Assembly: GCA_012735585.1 (NCBI GenBank)
Contig: JAAYGX010000065.1
Span: forward strand, 68 to 64,067
DNA length: 64,000 nt
Source: Tissierella sp.
GTDB lineage: Bacteria; Bacillota; Clostridia; Tissierellales; Tissierellaceae
Direction of reading: 5' to 3'
Shown here: positions 9,084 through 18,036 of the stretch, piece by piece
How positions within the stretch are numbered: the stretch's first letter is position 1
Layout: the number at the start of each line of letters is the position of its first letter
Notes under the pieces: generated by a model
Database searches by the model: none
The model's input: the letters and a program-made list of their open reading frames with translations, nothing else
What the model was told of the DNA's origin: nothing
Made by a program: the position numbers and the translations under genes

Positions 9084-11006
9084 CTATTTATTTTTACTCC
9101 TTAAAACATTAACAAAACCACCTTCTTTAATAGCATCTAAATCTTCTTGGAATACAGGAGAAACAAGATAAATAGTAGAGTTTTTAGTAATATTTCTAAC
9201 CTTAATATCCTTACCTTCTAATAGATTGTCTGTACATACTTCTAATATATCCCCTTGGTCAATAGAATCATAATCTGTATCGTTTTTAAATACTAAGGGC
9301 AATATTCCCCAATTCACTAAATTTGCAAGATGTAAACGGGCAAAACTTTTAGCAAGTATTATATTGATACCTAAGTATCGTGGTATAATTGCCGCCTGTT
9401 CTCTGCTAGACCCTTGGCCATAGTTGTGACCGGCAACTAATATAGAACCTTTAGATTTCATCGCTCTTTTATAGAATGTTTCATCAATTACCCTGAAGGA
9501 GTGTTTTGACATTTCTGGTATATTGGAGCGAATAGGAAGATACAATGCACCTGCTGGACATATGTGATCAGTGGTGATATCATCGCTTAATTTAAGGATG
9601 GCTTCACCTGTAGTTACATCTTCCATACTAGAGAACTCAGGTATAGGTTTGATATTAGGTCCTTTTCTTATGATTTGATTTGGATTTTTTTTAAGTTTAA
9701 CAAAAGTGCTACTGTCAAATATAAATTTTTCTGGGATATCAAATTCAATGGCATCCTTACCTAGTTCTCTAGGGTCGGTAATCACTCCAGTTATTGCAGA
9801 AGCAGCAGCGGTTTCAGGTGCCACTAAATAGACCTGGTCTGTCTTTGTTCCTGATCTACCACTAAAATTTCTAGGAGTGGTTCTCAAAGAAACACCATTA
9901 GTAGGAGGTGCAAATCCACATCCATTACATCCTCCACAGATAGGCTCAAATACTCTAGCACCAGATAGCAGGATTTTACTATATGCACCCCTTTCTATGC
10001 TTTCCTGTACAACTGTTTTAGTAGAAGGATAGATTCCTAGTTCCACACTACTATCAACTATTTGTCCATCTAAGATATTTGCTACATTTAATATATCTTG
10101 GACTGAAGTATTGGTACAGCTGCCTATCATAACTTGGTCTATTTTTAATCCTGCAACATCTTTTACCTTTACTATATTGTCTGGCTGTGAAGGTAGGGCA
10201 ATAAGAGGCTCTAATTCACTTAAGTTTATTTCTATTACTTCATCATATATAGCATCATCATCTGCTTCTAAGGATATGAAATCATTTTCCCTGTCAAAAG
10301 ATTTTAACCAATTTTTAGTGTTTTCGTCACTGGGAAATATAGAAGTAGTGGCACCTGTTTCTGCACCCATATTAGTTATGGTTGAGCGTTCTGACACATT
10401 AAGGGATTTTATACCCTCTCCACTATATTCAAATATTTTGCCTACGCCACCTTTAACAGAAACCTGCCTTAAAAGCTCAAAGATAATATTTTTAGCCGAC
10501 ACAAAAGGTTGAAGCTTTCCTATTAAATGGACTTTAACAATTTTAGGCATTGTTAAGTAGAAGGGTTGTCCTGCAATAGACATAGCATTATCAAAACCCC
10601 CTACACCAAAGGAAAGTGATCCTATACCACCTGCTGCCACTGTATGTGAATCACCACCAATTAATATTTTACCTGGTGCTGCAAAATGTTCTAAGTGAAG
10701 ATGATGGCAAATACCACTTCCACTTCTAGCAGTGATGATACCAAGCTTTGAAGTCATGTCCATTATATAGTTGTGGTCATCTGCATTTTTATAATCAGCT
10801 TGAATCATATTATGGTCAATATATTGTACAGCTGTTTCTACCTTTTTTTCTTTAAGACCTATAGTCTCAAGAACTAGATAAGTCATGATTACGTTCAAGT
10901 CATGGGATAACGTTTGGTCGGCCATTATTCCAATTCTGCTGCCTCTTTTTAGTTCTCCATGGACTAATGATTTACTTAAAATCTTCTCAGTTATAGTAAG
11001 TCCCAT
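9084..11006 (-). CDS. aconitase-family hydratase (~640 aa type)
   Basis: 640 aa. Aconitase catalytic-domain motifs (GGDSHT, IGSCTN, Cys-rich CGGCNGCG region) plus a C-terminal swivel domain (GHNYGQGSSREQAA). Confidence 0.85.
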   Translation of the reverse strand: MGLTITEKILSKSLVHGELKRGSRIGIMADQTLSHDLNVIMTYLVLETIGLKEKKVETAVQYIDHNMIQADYKNADDHNYIMDMTSKLGIITARSGSGICHHLHLEHFAAPGKILIGGDSHTVAAGGIGSLSFGVGGFDNAMSIAGQPFYLTMPKIVKVHLIGKLQPFVSAKNIIFELLRQVSVKGGVGKIFEYSGEGIKSLNVSERSTITNMGAETGATTSIFPSDENTKNWLKSFDRENDFISLEADDDAIYDEVIEINLSELEPLIALPSQPDNIVKVKDVAGLKIDQVMIGSCTNTSVQDILNVANILDGQIVDSSVELGIYPSTKTVVQESIERGAYSKILLSGARVFEPICGGCNGCGFAPPTNGVSLRTTPRNFSGRSGTKTDQVYLVAPETAAASAITGVITDPRELGKDAIEFDIPEKFIFDSSTFVKLKKNPNQIIRKGPNIKPIPEFSSMEDVTTGEAILKLSDDITTDHICPAGALYLPIRSNIPEMSKHSFRVIDETFYKRAMKSKGSILVAGHNYGQGSSREQAAIIPRYLGINIILAKSFARLHLANLVNWGILPLVFKNDTDYDSIDQGDILEVCTDNLLEGKDIKVRNITKNSTIYLVSPVFQEDLDAIKEGGFVNVLRSKNK

Positions 11007-11070
11007 ATATCCGTCCTCCTATTAAATTATTAAAAAAAGGGGGAAGAAACCTCCCCTGAAATTAATTTCT

Positions 11071-13350
11071 TTATATTGATTTACTTAGCATTGATTTATT
11101 GTAATTTATTAATGAACCACTGACTAAGATTTCTCTCTCAATATCAGTTAATTCACCTAAAGACAATACTATTTCTCTGATTTCTTCTCCTAGTATATAG
11201 GCTTTAATCTGGTCATTTTTATTTAATATGGATTCCTTAATATTAGGAATAAACACGAAATCGTCTTTATTTAATAGATTATGGTTTTCTATTAAGAAAG
11301 GAGTAATTCCCCAATTTAGTAGATTGGATCTATATCTTTTTGTTGCATATTCTTTTGCAATATTACCCCAAGCCCCTAGTACCCTTTGAGATGAAGCTGC
11401 TTGTTCTCTAGCTGAACCATCTCCAGGTTTATTTGCATAAATAGTACTACCGATACCTACATCAAATGGGTTTATATTGTTGAATCCTTCAATTTCTCTA
11501 ATAGATTCATATACAGTTTTTAGTTCGTCAAAGGCCTTTTCTGGGTTTTGTCCTTTTCCTCTAACTATTTCATATTTATGGACTTCCTTAGAATTTCCTA
11601 CGTAACTAGGATCTTTCCTACTTAATGTAAATTCAGCTAATCTTATAGGATTGGACCTGTATGATGAAGTCTCTCCTGATGGTATTAGTTCATCTGTAGT
11701 AGTTACTGGATCGGTGATATGTGTTACTACTTTCAACAATGTATGTTCTGTCATTTCAGGCATCTCTGGCCAATCTTTAATATTAGGTCCTGTGACCAAC
11801 TCTAGGTCAAGGTCTTCTTTGCCCCAGCCATCATAGACCCTATTTTCATAAATAGCTTTATCAAAGTAGTATTTTGGGCTAGTATATTCTACATCTAACT
11901 CATCAGCAGCAGTTAAGATTCCGCCATTAATAGCTGTTGCTGCAATGGATTTTGCATCCATGAGAGCTACCATAGAGATTTGTCCTTCATTTGGTTTTGA
12001 ACCATCTCTATTAGGGAAATTTCTAGTAGCATGCCTAATTGAAAGCTCATTATTAGCCGGCGTATCCCCTGCACCAAAACATGGGCCACAAAATGCTGGT
12101 TTCATAACAGCTCCAGCTGCCATTAAATCTGCTACAACACCATTTTTCACCAACACCATATAAGTTGGCTGACTACCTGCATAAACACTCATTGAGAATG
12201 AACCATTACCCAAGGATTTGTTCTTTATAATATCTGCAGCTGCAACTATATTATCAAAGGTACCACCTGAACACCCTACTATAATTCCTTGATCTACATG
12301 AACATTTCCATCTACAATTTTACTCACTAGATCTACAGTTACATCGTTGGATTCAAAGAGTTTTTTACTATCTTCTTCAATCTTTGCAAATATTTCTTTA
12401 GCATTGTTTTTTACTTCTTCAATTGTAAATACATTACTAGGGTGGAAAGGCAAGGCAATAGATGGCTTGATCTTTGATAAATCAATTTCTACTAATCCAT
12501 CGTAAACAGCTACCTCAGCAGGTTGAAGTAATTTATAGTCATCTGGTCTGCCATGTATTTCGTAGTATTCCTTAACCTTATCATCAGTTTCCCATATAGA
12601 ACTCCAACAAGTGGTTTCTGTAGTCATAACATCTATTCCATTTCTATATTCTACAGATAAATGCTCAACTCCATCACCTATAAATTCCATTACCTTATTC
12701 TTAACAAAGCCATTATCAAAAACAGCCTTTATAATATTTAATGCTACATCTTGAGGGCCTACACCAGGATTTAATTCACCTCTTAAGTAAATAGCTACAA
12801 CATCTGGGTATTTTATATCATATGTTTGCTCCAAAAGTTGTTTAGCTAGTTCTCCTCCACCTTCACCTACTGCCATTGTTCCAAGGGAACCATATCTAGT
12901 GTGACTATCAGAGCCTAAAATCATATTTCCGCACTTTGTCATCATTTCTCTATTATAAGAATGTATAACAGCTAGATTTGGCGGTACATAGATGCCGCCA
13001 TATTTTTTCGCGGCGGATAAAGCAAATTTATGATCATCTTCATTTATGGTGCCACCTACTGCACATAAACTATTGTGGCAATTTGTTAACACATAGGGAA
13101 GTGGAAATTTTTCCATACCGCTAGCTCTTGCAGTCTGAATTATTCCTACATATGTAATATCATGAGAAGTAATAGAATCAAACTTTAGCTGTAAGTTTGC
13201 AATTTCATTTGAATGATTATGAGAACTTAAAATTCCATAAGATATAGTTCCTTTTCTTGCTTCATTCAAATCAAAATCTTTGTTATCATCTTGAAGTACA
13301 ATTTTTCTTCCATTTAAAATCTTGACTGGTCGATCTACAAGTTCTATCAT
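11071..13350 (-). CDS. aconitase-family hydratase (~760 aa, mitochondrial-like type)
   Basis: 759 aa. GSDSHT, VGCSGG, CGPCFG and swivel-domain GDGSAREQAA motifs. Clearly a different subfamily from its downstream neighbour. Confidence 0.85.
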   Translation of the reverse strand: MIELVDRPVKILNGRKIVLQDDNKDFDLNEARKGTISYGILSSHNHSNEIANLQLKFDSITSHDITYVGIIQTARASGMEKFPLPYVLTNCHNSLCAVGGTINEDDHKFALSAAKKYGGIYVPPNLAVIHSYNREMMTKCGNMILGSDSHTRYGSLGTMAVGEGGGELAKQLLEQTYDIKYPDVVAIYLRGELNPGVGPQDVALNIIKAVFDNGFVKNKVMEFIGDGVEHLSVEYRNGIDVMTTETTCWSSIWETDDKVKEYYEIHGRPDDYKLLQPAEVAVYDGLVEIDLSKIKPSIALPFHPSNVFTIEEVKNNAKEIFAKIEEDSKKLFESNDVTVDLVSKIVDGNVHVDQGIIVGCSGGTFDNIVAAADIIKNKSLGNGSFSMSVYAGSQPTYMVLVKNGVVADLMAAGAVMKPAFCGPCFGAGDTPANNELSIRHATRNFPNRDGSKPNEGQISMVALMDAKSIAATAINGGILTAADELDVEYTSPKYYFDKAIYENRVYDGWGKEDLDLELVTGPNIKDWPEMPEMTEHTLLKVVTHITDPVTTTDELIPSGETSSYRSNPIRLAEFTLSRKDPSYVGNSKEVHKYEIVRGKGQNPEKAFDELKTVYESIREIEGFNNINPFDVGIGSTIYANKPGDGSAREQAASSQRVLGAWGNIAKEYATKRYRSNLLNWGITPFLIENHNLLNKDDFVFIPNIKESILNKNDQIKAYILGEEIREIVLSLGELTDIEREILVSGSLINYNKSMLSKSI

Positions 13351-13453
13351 TAATAGCCTCCTCGATTTCTAAATATTTAGTATTGTTCGTATCCTGACTT
13401 TAGTGTATAATTAAATCGATATATAGTCTAATATTCTTTTTATTATAGAACCT

Positions 13454-13468
13454 ATAGGTAATGCCTAT
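13454..13468. promoter_or_regulatory. LysR-type (T-N11-A) box ATAGGTAATGCCTAT
   Basis: Perfect ATAGG-N5-CCTAT dyad 19 nt upstream of the lysR ATG. It is centred about 64 nt upstream of the TSS predicted from a candidate minus-strand promoter (TTAGAC-16-TATACA, plus-strand coordinates 13404-13431) that would drive the aconitase operon. Confidence 0.5.
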
Positions 13469-13486
13469 ATTAAGGAGAGATTTAGG

Positions 13487-14428
13487 ATGAATGATAGAGA
13501 GTTACTATATGTAAAAACAATAGCCGAAACAAAGAGTATCTCAGAAGCTGCAAAAAAACTCTTTGTTGCACAGCCATCTTTAAGCCAAGCTTTACAAAAA
13601 ATTGAGCAAAGCATAGGAACCCCGTTATTTATCAGGCATCAAGGTGGTATGATGTTAACCCTAGCTGGGGAAAAATATTATAAAGCAGCCAATGAGATTT
13701 TAAATATCTATAACGATTTCACAAATGAGATAACATATATCAATGATTTAAAAAAAGGAAGAGTAACCATAGGCATAACTAATTTTATGGGCTCTTATTT
13801 ATTACCAAAGATAATACCACCATTTAATGATAAATATCCTAATATTGAAATATATATAACGGAAAAGAATTCTAGTATTTTAGAACAGGAATTACTAGAT
13901 TGTACCATTGACTTTGCAATTATGCATAATCATCCAAAGAGGCAGAATAAATCTATATTATATGATGTACTATATAAAGATCCTTTTGTTATAGTAACAA
14001 AAAAGGGATATATACCAGCTACATATAAAAAGAAGAATGAGGATAGCAATAGCTCATACCCTAAAATAGATATTAGACTTTTAAAAGATGAAAAATTCAT
14101 AATGGTAGATAAGGGTAAGGGTATTAGAAATGTTTGTGATATTATTTTAGATACTGCAGGCATTAATCCAAGGATAGCACTGACCACAAAAAGCTATGAA
14201 ACAGCAAGACGATTGGCCAGTACTGGATATGGGATAACCATGATACCTTTAGAGTACATAAAGATTTTTGAGGGCAAATATGACGCAGACTATTACTTTA
14301 TTGATAATGATGAATCTTCTTATTGGAATACTTGCATAGCTACGAATCCAAATATGTATCAATCAAGAGTAGCTAAAGTATTTATTGAGTTAATAAATGT
14401 GTATTTTAAAACAAACCAGCCTATTTAG
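13487..14428 (+). CDS. LysR-family transcriptional regulator
   Basis: N-terminal HTH (YVKTIAETKSISEAAKKLFVAQPSLSQALQKIEQSIGTPLF) and an LysR substrate-binding domain. Divergent from the aconitase genes. Confidence 0.92.
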   Translation: MNDRELLYVKTIAETKSISEAAKKLFVAQPSLSQALQKIEQSIGTPLFIRHQGGMMLTLAGEKYYKAANEILNIYNDFTNEITYINDLKKGRVTIGITNFMGSYLLPKIIPPFNDKYPNIEIYITEKNSSILEQELLDCTIDFAIMHNHPKRQNKSILYDVLYKDPFVIVTKKGYIPATYKKKNEDSNSSYPKIDIRLLKDEKFIMVDKGKGIRNVCDIILDTAGINPRIALTTKSYETARRLASTGYGITMIPLEYIKIFEGKYDADYYFIDNDESSYWNTCIATNPNMYQSRVAKVFIELINVYFKTNQPI

Positions 14429-14450
14429 CTGGTTTGTTTTATTTTATTTG
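14409..14450 (+). terminator. rho-independent terminator of the lysR gene
   Basis: AAACAAACCAGC / GCTGGTTTGTTT 12-bp stem overlapping the stop codon, followed by a T-rich tail. Confidence 0.8.
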
Positions 14451-14466
14451 GTAAAGAACCATGTAT

Positions 14467-14533
14467 ATAGGTTTTGCCTATGGCAGGGATAATAATTTAA
14501 CTATTGGTATAATCAGAAAATTTGCCATATAAT
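14467..14533 (+). promoter_or_regulatory. second LysR-type box (ATAGGTTTTGCCTAT) plus candidate promoters of the prpD-family gene
   Basis: The box at 14467-14481 matches the 13454 box at 13 of 15 positions. Candidate -10 hexamers are TATAAT at 14508-14513 (with an upstream TG) and at 14528-14533 (with TTGGTA 18 nt upstream). Relative to the second hexamer the box is centred near -65. Confidence 0.45.
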
Positions 14534-14643
14534 ACTATATACAAGGATTGTATACAAAACAAATACAAATCGTTTTCACAAGGGACTAGCTAGTTAGAAA
14601 TGCAAAATTTAAGCGTTCATTGCAGTTAACAGGAGGTGAATTC

Positions 14644-16005
14644 ATGAATGAGTTGGAGCAATTATCAAGATTTATTGTAGACTTAAAATTTGAAGACATC
14701 CCATTAGATGTAGTAGAATCTACAAAACTATGTGTGTTGGATTCATATGCAGTTGCTGCAGGAGCGTCAAAAGATAAGATGATTTTAAGTATTGTAAATG
14801 AATATAAGTCTTATTATCCAGATGGTGATGATGTTAGTATATGGGGAATGGATATAAAGATGCCACTGGTACAAGCTGTTTTTCTAAATTCATTAATGGG
14901 ACATAGATTAGAGCTTGATGATGTACATACAAAATCAAAAACTCATATAGGAACTATAGTGGTGCCAACGGCCTTATGCTTGGCTCAATATTTAAAATCA
15001 TCAGGAAAACAATTTCTAGAGGCTGTTCTCTGTGGTTATGAGATTATGTCTAGGATTGGAATCGCATTTGGAGTATCAAGTCATAGAAATAAGGGATGGC
15101 ATGTAACGTCTACTGCTGGAACTTTTGGCGCGGCAGCTACTGCCTCTAAGCTATTGAATCTAAATTTTGAACAAACATTGTATGCCTTGGGAATGGCTGG
15201 GACTCAATCCTTTGGATTATGGGCATTCCTTGAAGATGGATCAAGCTCAAAGATACTACACCCAGCAAGAGCATCTTCTAGTGGTTTAGAAAGTGCCATA
15301 TTATCAAAGTCGGGCATGACAGGTCCTAAGAATATATTAAATGCTAAGGATGGCGGACTTTTAAAAGCTATGTCAGATGAATATGATTTGTCAATGGTTA
15401 CAAATGATTTAGGAACAATCTACGAGATACAAAATGTTGATAATAAACCTTATCCTTGTTGTCGGAGTACACATTGTGCTATAGATTCGGCTATTTACTT
15501 AAAGAAGCAGTACGATATAAATGTAGATTTGATTGATGAAATAGTTGTAGATACTTACTTAGTAGGATATAAGCAATGTGGGTTGACAGATAGTAGTTTG
15601 AATCCTAAGACTCCAGTAGAAGCAAAGTTTTCTATACCATATACTGTAGCAACAGCTTTAATAAGTGGTAATGTTACATTGGAGGATTTTAGTATGGATA
15701 AAATAGGAAATAAAGAAGTCCAAAGTTTATTAAGAAAAGTAAAGGTTAGACCTAAGGATGTTTTTACAAATAGATATCCGAATCATTGGGGTTGTGGGAC
15801 AAAAATAAAAATGAAGAATGAAGATGAGTTTCGAGTAGAGATACAAGACGCACTAGGTAGTGTATATAATCCAATCTCTAAAAAAGAAATTAGAAACAAA
15901 GTAATACCGCTATTAGAAGTAGTATCTTCTGATACCAATATGGATGTAATAGACACTATATTAGCAATTGAAAAGTTAGACAACTTATCTAACATGAATC
16001 TTTAG
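14644..16005 (+). CDS. MmgE/PrpD-family protein (2-methylcitrate dehydratase / cis-aconitate decarboxylase family)
   Basis: About 453 aa with typical family sequence (FIVDLKFEDIP..., ELDDVH..., GWHVTSTAGTFGAAA). I prefer the ATG at 14644, 7 nt after AGGAGG, over the tracked TTG at 14620. Confidence 0.88.
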   Translation: MNELEQLSRFIVDLKFEDIPLDVVESTKLCVLDSYAVAAGASKDKMILSIVNEYKSYYPDGDDVSIWGMDIKMPLVQAVFLNSLMGHRLELDDVHTKSKTHIGTIVVPTALCLAQYLKSSGKQFLEAVLCGYEIMSRIGIAFGVSSHRNKGWHVTSTAGTFGAAATASKLLNLNFEQTLYALGMAGTQSFGLWAFLEDGSSSKILHPARASSSGLESAILSKSGMTGPKNILNAKDGGLLKAMSDEYDLSMVTNDLGTIYEIQNVDNKPYPCCRSTHCAIDSAIYLKKQYDINVDLIDEIVVDTYLVGYKQCGLTDSSLNPKTPVEAKFSIPYTVATALISGNVTLEDFSMDKIGNKEVQSLLRKVKVRPKDVFTNRYPNHWGCGTKIKMKNEDEFRVEIQDALGSVYNPISKKEIRNKVIPLLEVVSSDTNMDVIDTILAIEKLDNLSNMNL

Positions 16006-16374
16006 TATAGGAATAATAAATTGATTGAGATAGTATTACACTGTGGAAAACGATTGCGAAATTGTACTATTTCCGTATCTATTTAGCACGTGGTTCTAAA
16101 AATTACAGAAAGGTATCAAAAATATTTGTAGCCAAAATTAAATAGAATTTATTGTAAAGGGGCTGAGCTATGCAACGGGGTTAGTGAAGTACAATTAGAG
16201 GGGGAAATAGAAGTATTAAATATTTAAATGTAGTTGTTGGATTCATAGACTTATGTTGTAAGGGCTACAAAGTTTTAGAAAATAACTAAAATGTTTTAGT
16301 GGTAAAGGATTCCAATGAAATATGTATTTTGAAAATGAAGTAAATAATACAGTAAAATCAAAGGAGATGTAATA

Positions 16375-17361
16375 ATGAGAAAGAAGATTATGTTACTTAG
16401 CTTAACTTTAGTTTTAGTATTTGCTTTATTAGTCGGATGTGGTTCAGAACCTGCTAATAAAGATGTAGCGGATGGCGAATGGACTTTTGAAAGACCAATT
16501 GAGTTTATTATTCCATGGGGTCCAGGCAGTGGTACTGATACTACAATTAGAGCATGGGCACCATTGATGGAAAAAGAATTAGGGGTTACTATCAATATCA
16601 ATAACGTAGAAGGTGCAGGTGGGGTAAAAGGCGCTGAGTTCCATGCAAACCAACCAGCAGATGGATATACTTTCTCAATGTATACTCCTTCTCATGTTAT
16701 AGCTGCAGTAGATGGAACTACAAATTTTGATATTTTAAACGATACAGTGCATGTAGTTAGATTAGTTCAAGATTCAAATATTGTATTAGCTGGAAAACAC
16801 GTACCATATAACAATATGGGAGAAATGATTGAATATGTAAAAGCTAACCCAGGTAAAGCTCCTACAATAGGAATGATGTCCATTAACGGTATGGATGGTG
16901 CTTCTGCAAAACAATTATTTGAAGCAGCAGGAATAGAAGTAAACTTTATACCTTATGCAAGTGGCGCTGAAGTTAACGCAGCAGTAATGGGTGGACATAC
17001 TGACATGGTAATGACAAGTCCATTTGATGGAAAAGCATATATCGAATCTGGAGATATGAAGGGTATCGTATTATTAGCTGAAGAAAGATCAACTGCTTTA
17101 CCAGATGTAGAATGTACAGGTGAACTAGGTTATGAAGCATATATAGGACCATGGAGAGGTATTGTAGCTAAAAAAGGTACACCTCAAGGAGCTATTGATG
17201 CAATAGAAGCAGCTGCTATAAAAGTAAATGAAATGCCTGAATGGAACGATTGGAAAGTAACTGTAGGTTTAAATGATAGACCAGGTTTCGCTACTTCAGA
17301 AGAATTCAAAGATTTATGGTTCCAATACTATGAAGATATGAAGGAACTTTTAGCTCCATAG
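16375..17361 (+). CDS. tctC: tripartite tricarboxylate transporter substrate-binding lipoprotein (TctC/Bug family)
   Basis: Signal peptide with lipobox LLVGC, and the Bug-family motif PWGPGSGTDT. Followed by tctB and tctA. Confidence 0.9.
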   Translation: MRKKIMLLSLTLVLVFALLVGCGSEPANKDVADGEWTFERPIEFIIPWGPGSGTDTTIRAWAPLMEKELGVTININNVEGAGGVKGAEFHANQPADGYTFSMYTPSHVIAAVDGTTNFDILNDTVHVVRLVQDSNIVLAGKHVPYNNMGEMIEYVKANPGKAPTIGMMSINGMDGASAKQLFEAAGIEVNFIPYASGAEVNAAVMGGHTDMVMTSPFDGKAYIESGDMKGIVLLAEERSTALPDVECTGELGYEAYIGPWRGIVAKKGTPQGAIDAIEAAAIKVNEMPEWNDWKVTVGLNDRPGFATSEEFKDLWFQYYEDMKELLAP

Positions 17362-17526
17362 ATAGAATTACAGACTTAAAAAATTAAGATGTATTTTTAC
17401 ATAGGACTAGCCTTCTTTGAATCACAGGTATGTTTTATCTAAGGAAGCTAGTCCTAGTAATTAAATTTAAAAATGTTTATCAAAATTATAAATAGATTTA
17501 TAAATTATTAAAAAGGAGTGAAATAA

Positions 17527-18024
17527 ATGGCTCTAGAATTATTATTTAATGGGGGACTATTAGTATTTTTCATTTATTGTTTCTTCTATATTGGCGGTAT
17601 CGGACATGATCCAGCAACAGGAATATTAGATGCGGCAGAATGGCCCAGATTATTATTAGGTTTATTGATTGTTTTTATAGCTATAAATATGGCAAAGGTG
17701 TATAAAAACAGACAAAAAGGGGAGACCTTCAAGATTGATTTTAACATTAAAAAAATTGTAACAAGTAAATTATTTATAGGTAGTGTATTATTGTTAATTT
17801 ATTCTTTTAGCCTAGATTACTTAGGATTTGTATTTAGCTCAATTATTTTTTTCATGGTATATTCAAGGCTTTTAGGAGAAAAGAGAATAAAGATCTTAGT
17901 ATTATCTTCATTAGTTAGTGTAGCTATTTTATATGTACTATTTAACAGTTTGTTAGGAATAATGCTTCCTAGAGGAGTTGGAGCATTTAGAAACTTTGCG
18001 TTATTCCTTGAATCACTGATATAA
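17527..18024 (+). CDS. tctB: tripartite tricarboxylate transporter small membrane subunit (TctB)
   Basis: 165 aa protein with four hydrophobic segments, located between tctC and tctA. Confidence 0.75.
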   Translation: MALELLFNGGLLVFFIYCFFYIGGIGHDPATGILDAAEWPRLLLGLLIVFIAINMAKVYKNRQKGETFKIDFNIKKIVTSKLFIGSVLLLIYSFSLDYLGFVFSSIIFFMVYSRLLGEKRIKILVLSSLVSVAILYVLFNSLLGIMLPRGVGAFRNFALFLESLI

Positions 18025-18036
18025 GGAGGTAGCAAA

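Noticed and set aside
16006-16374. An unusually long (370 nt) spacer between the prpD-family gene and tctC, scanned for an sRNA, riboswitch, a third ATAGG-N5-CCTAT box or small ORFs.
   Set aside because: I found no copy of the LysR-type box, no strong promoter-terminator pair and no conserved-looking structure, only short weak dyads. It remains unexplained rather than positively called.
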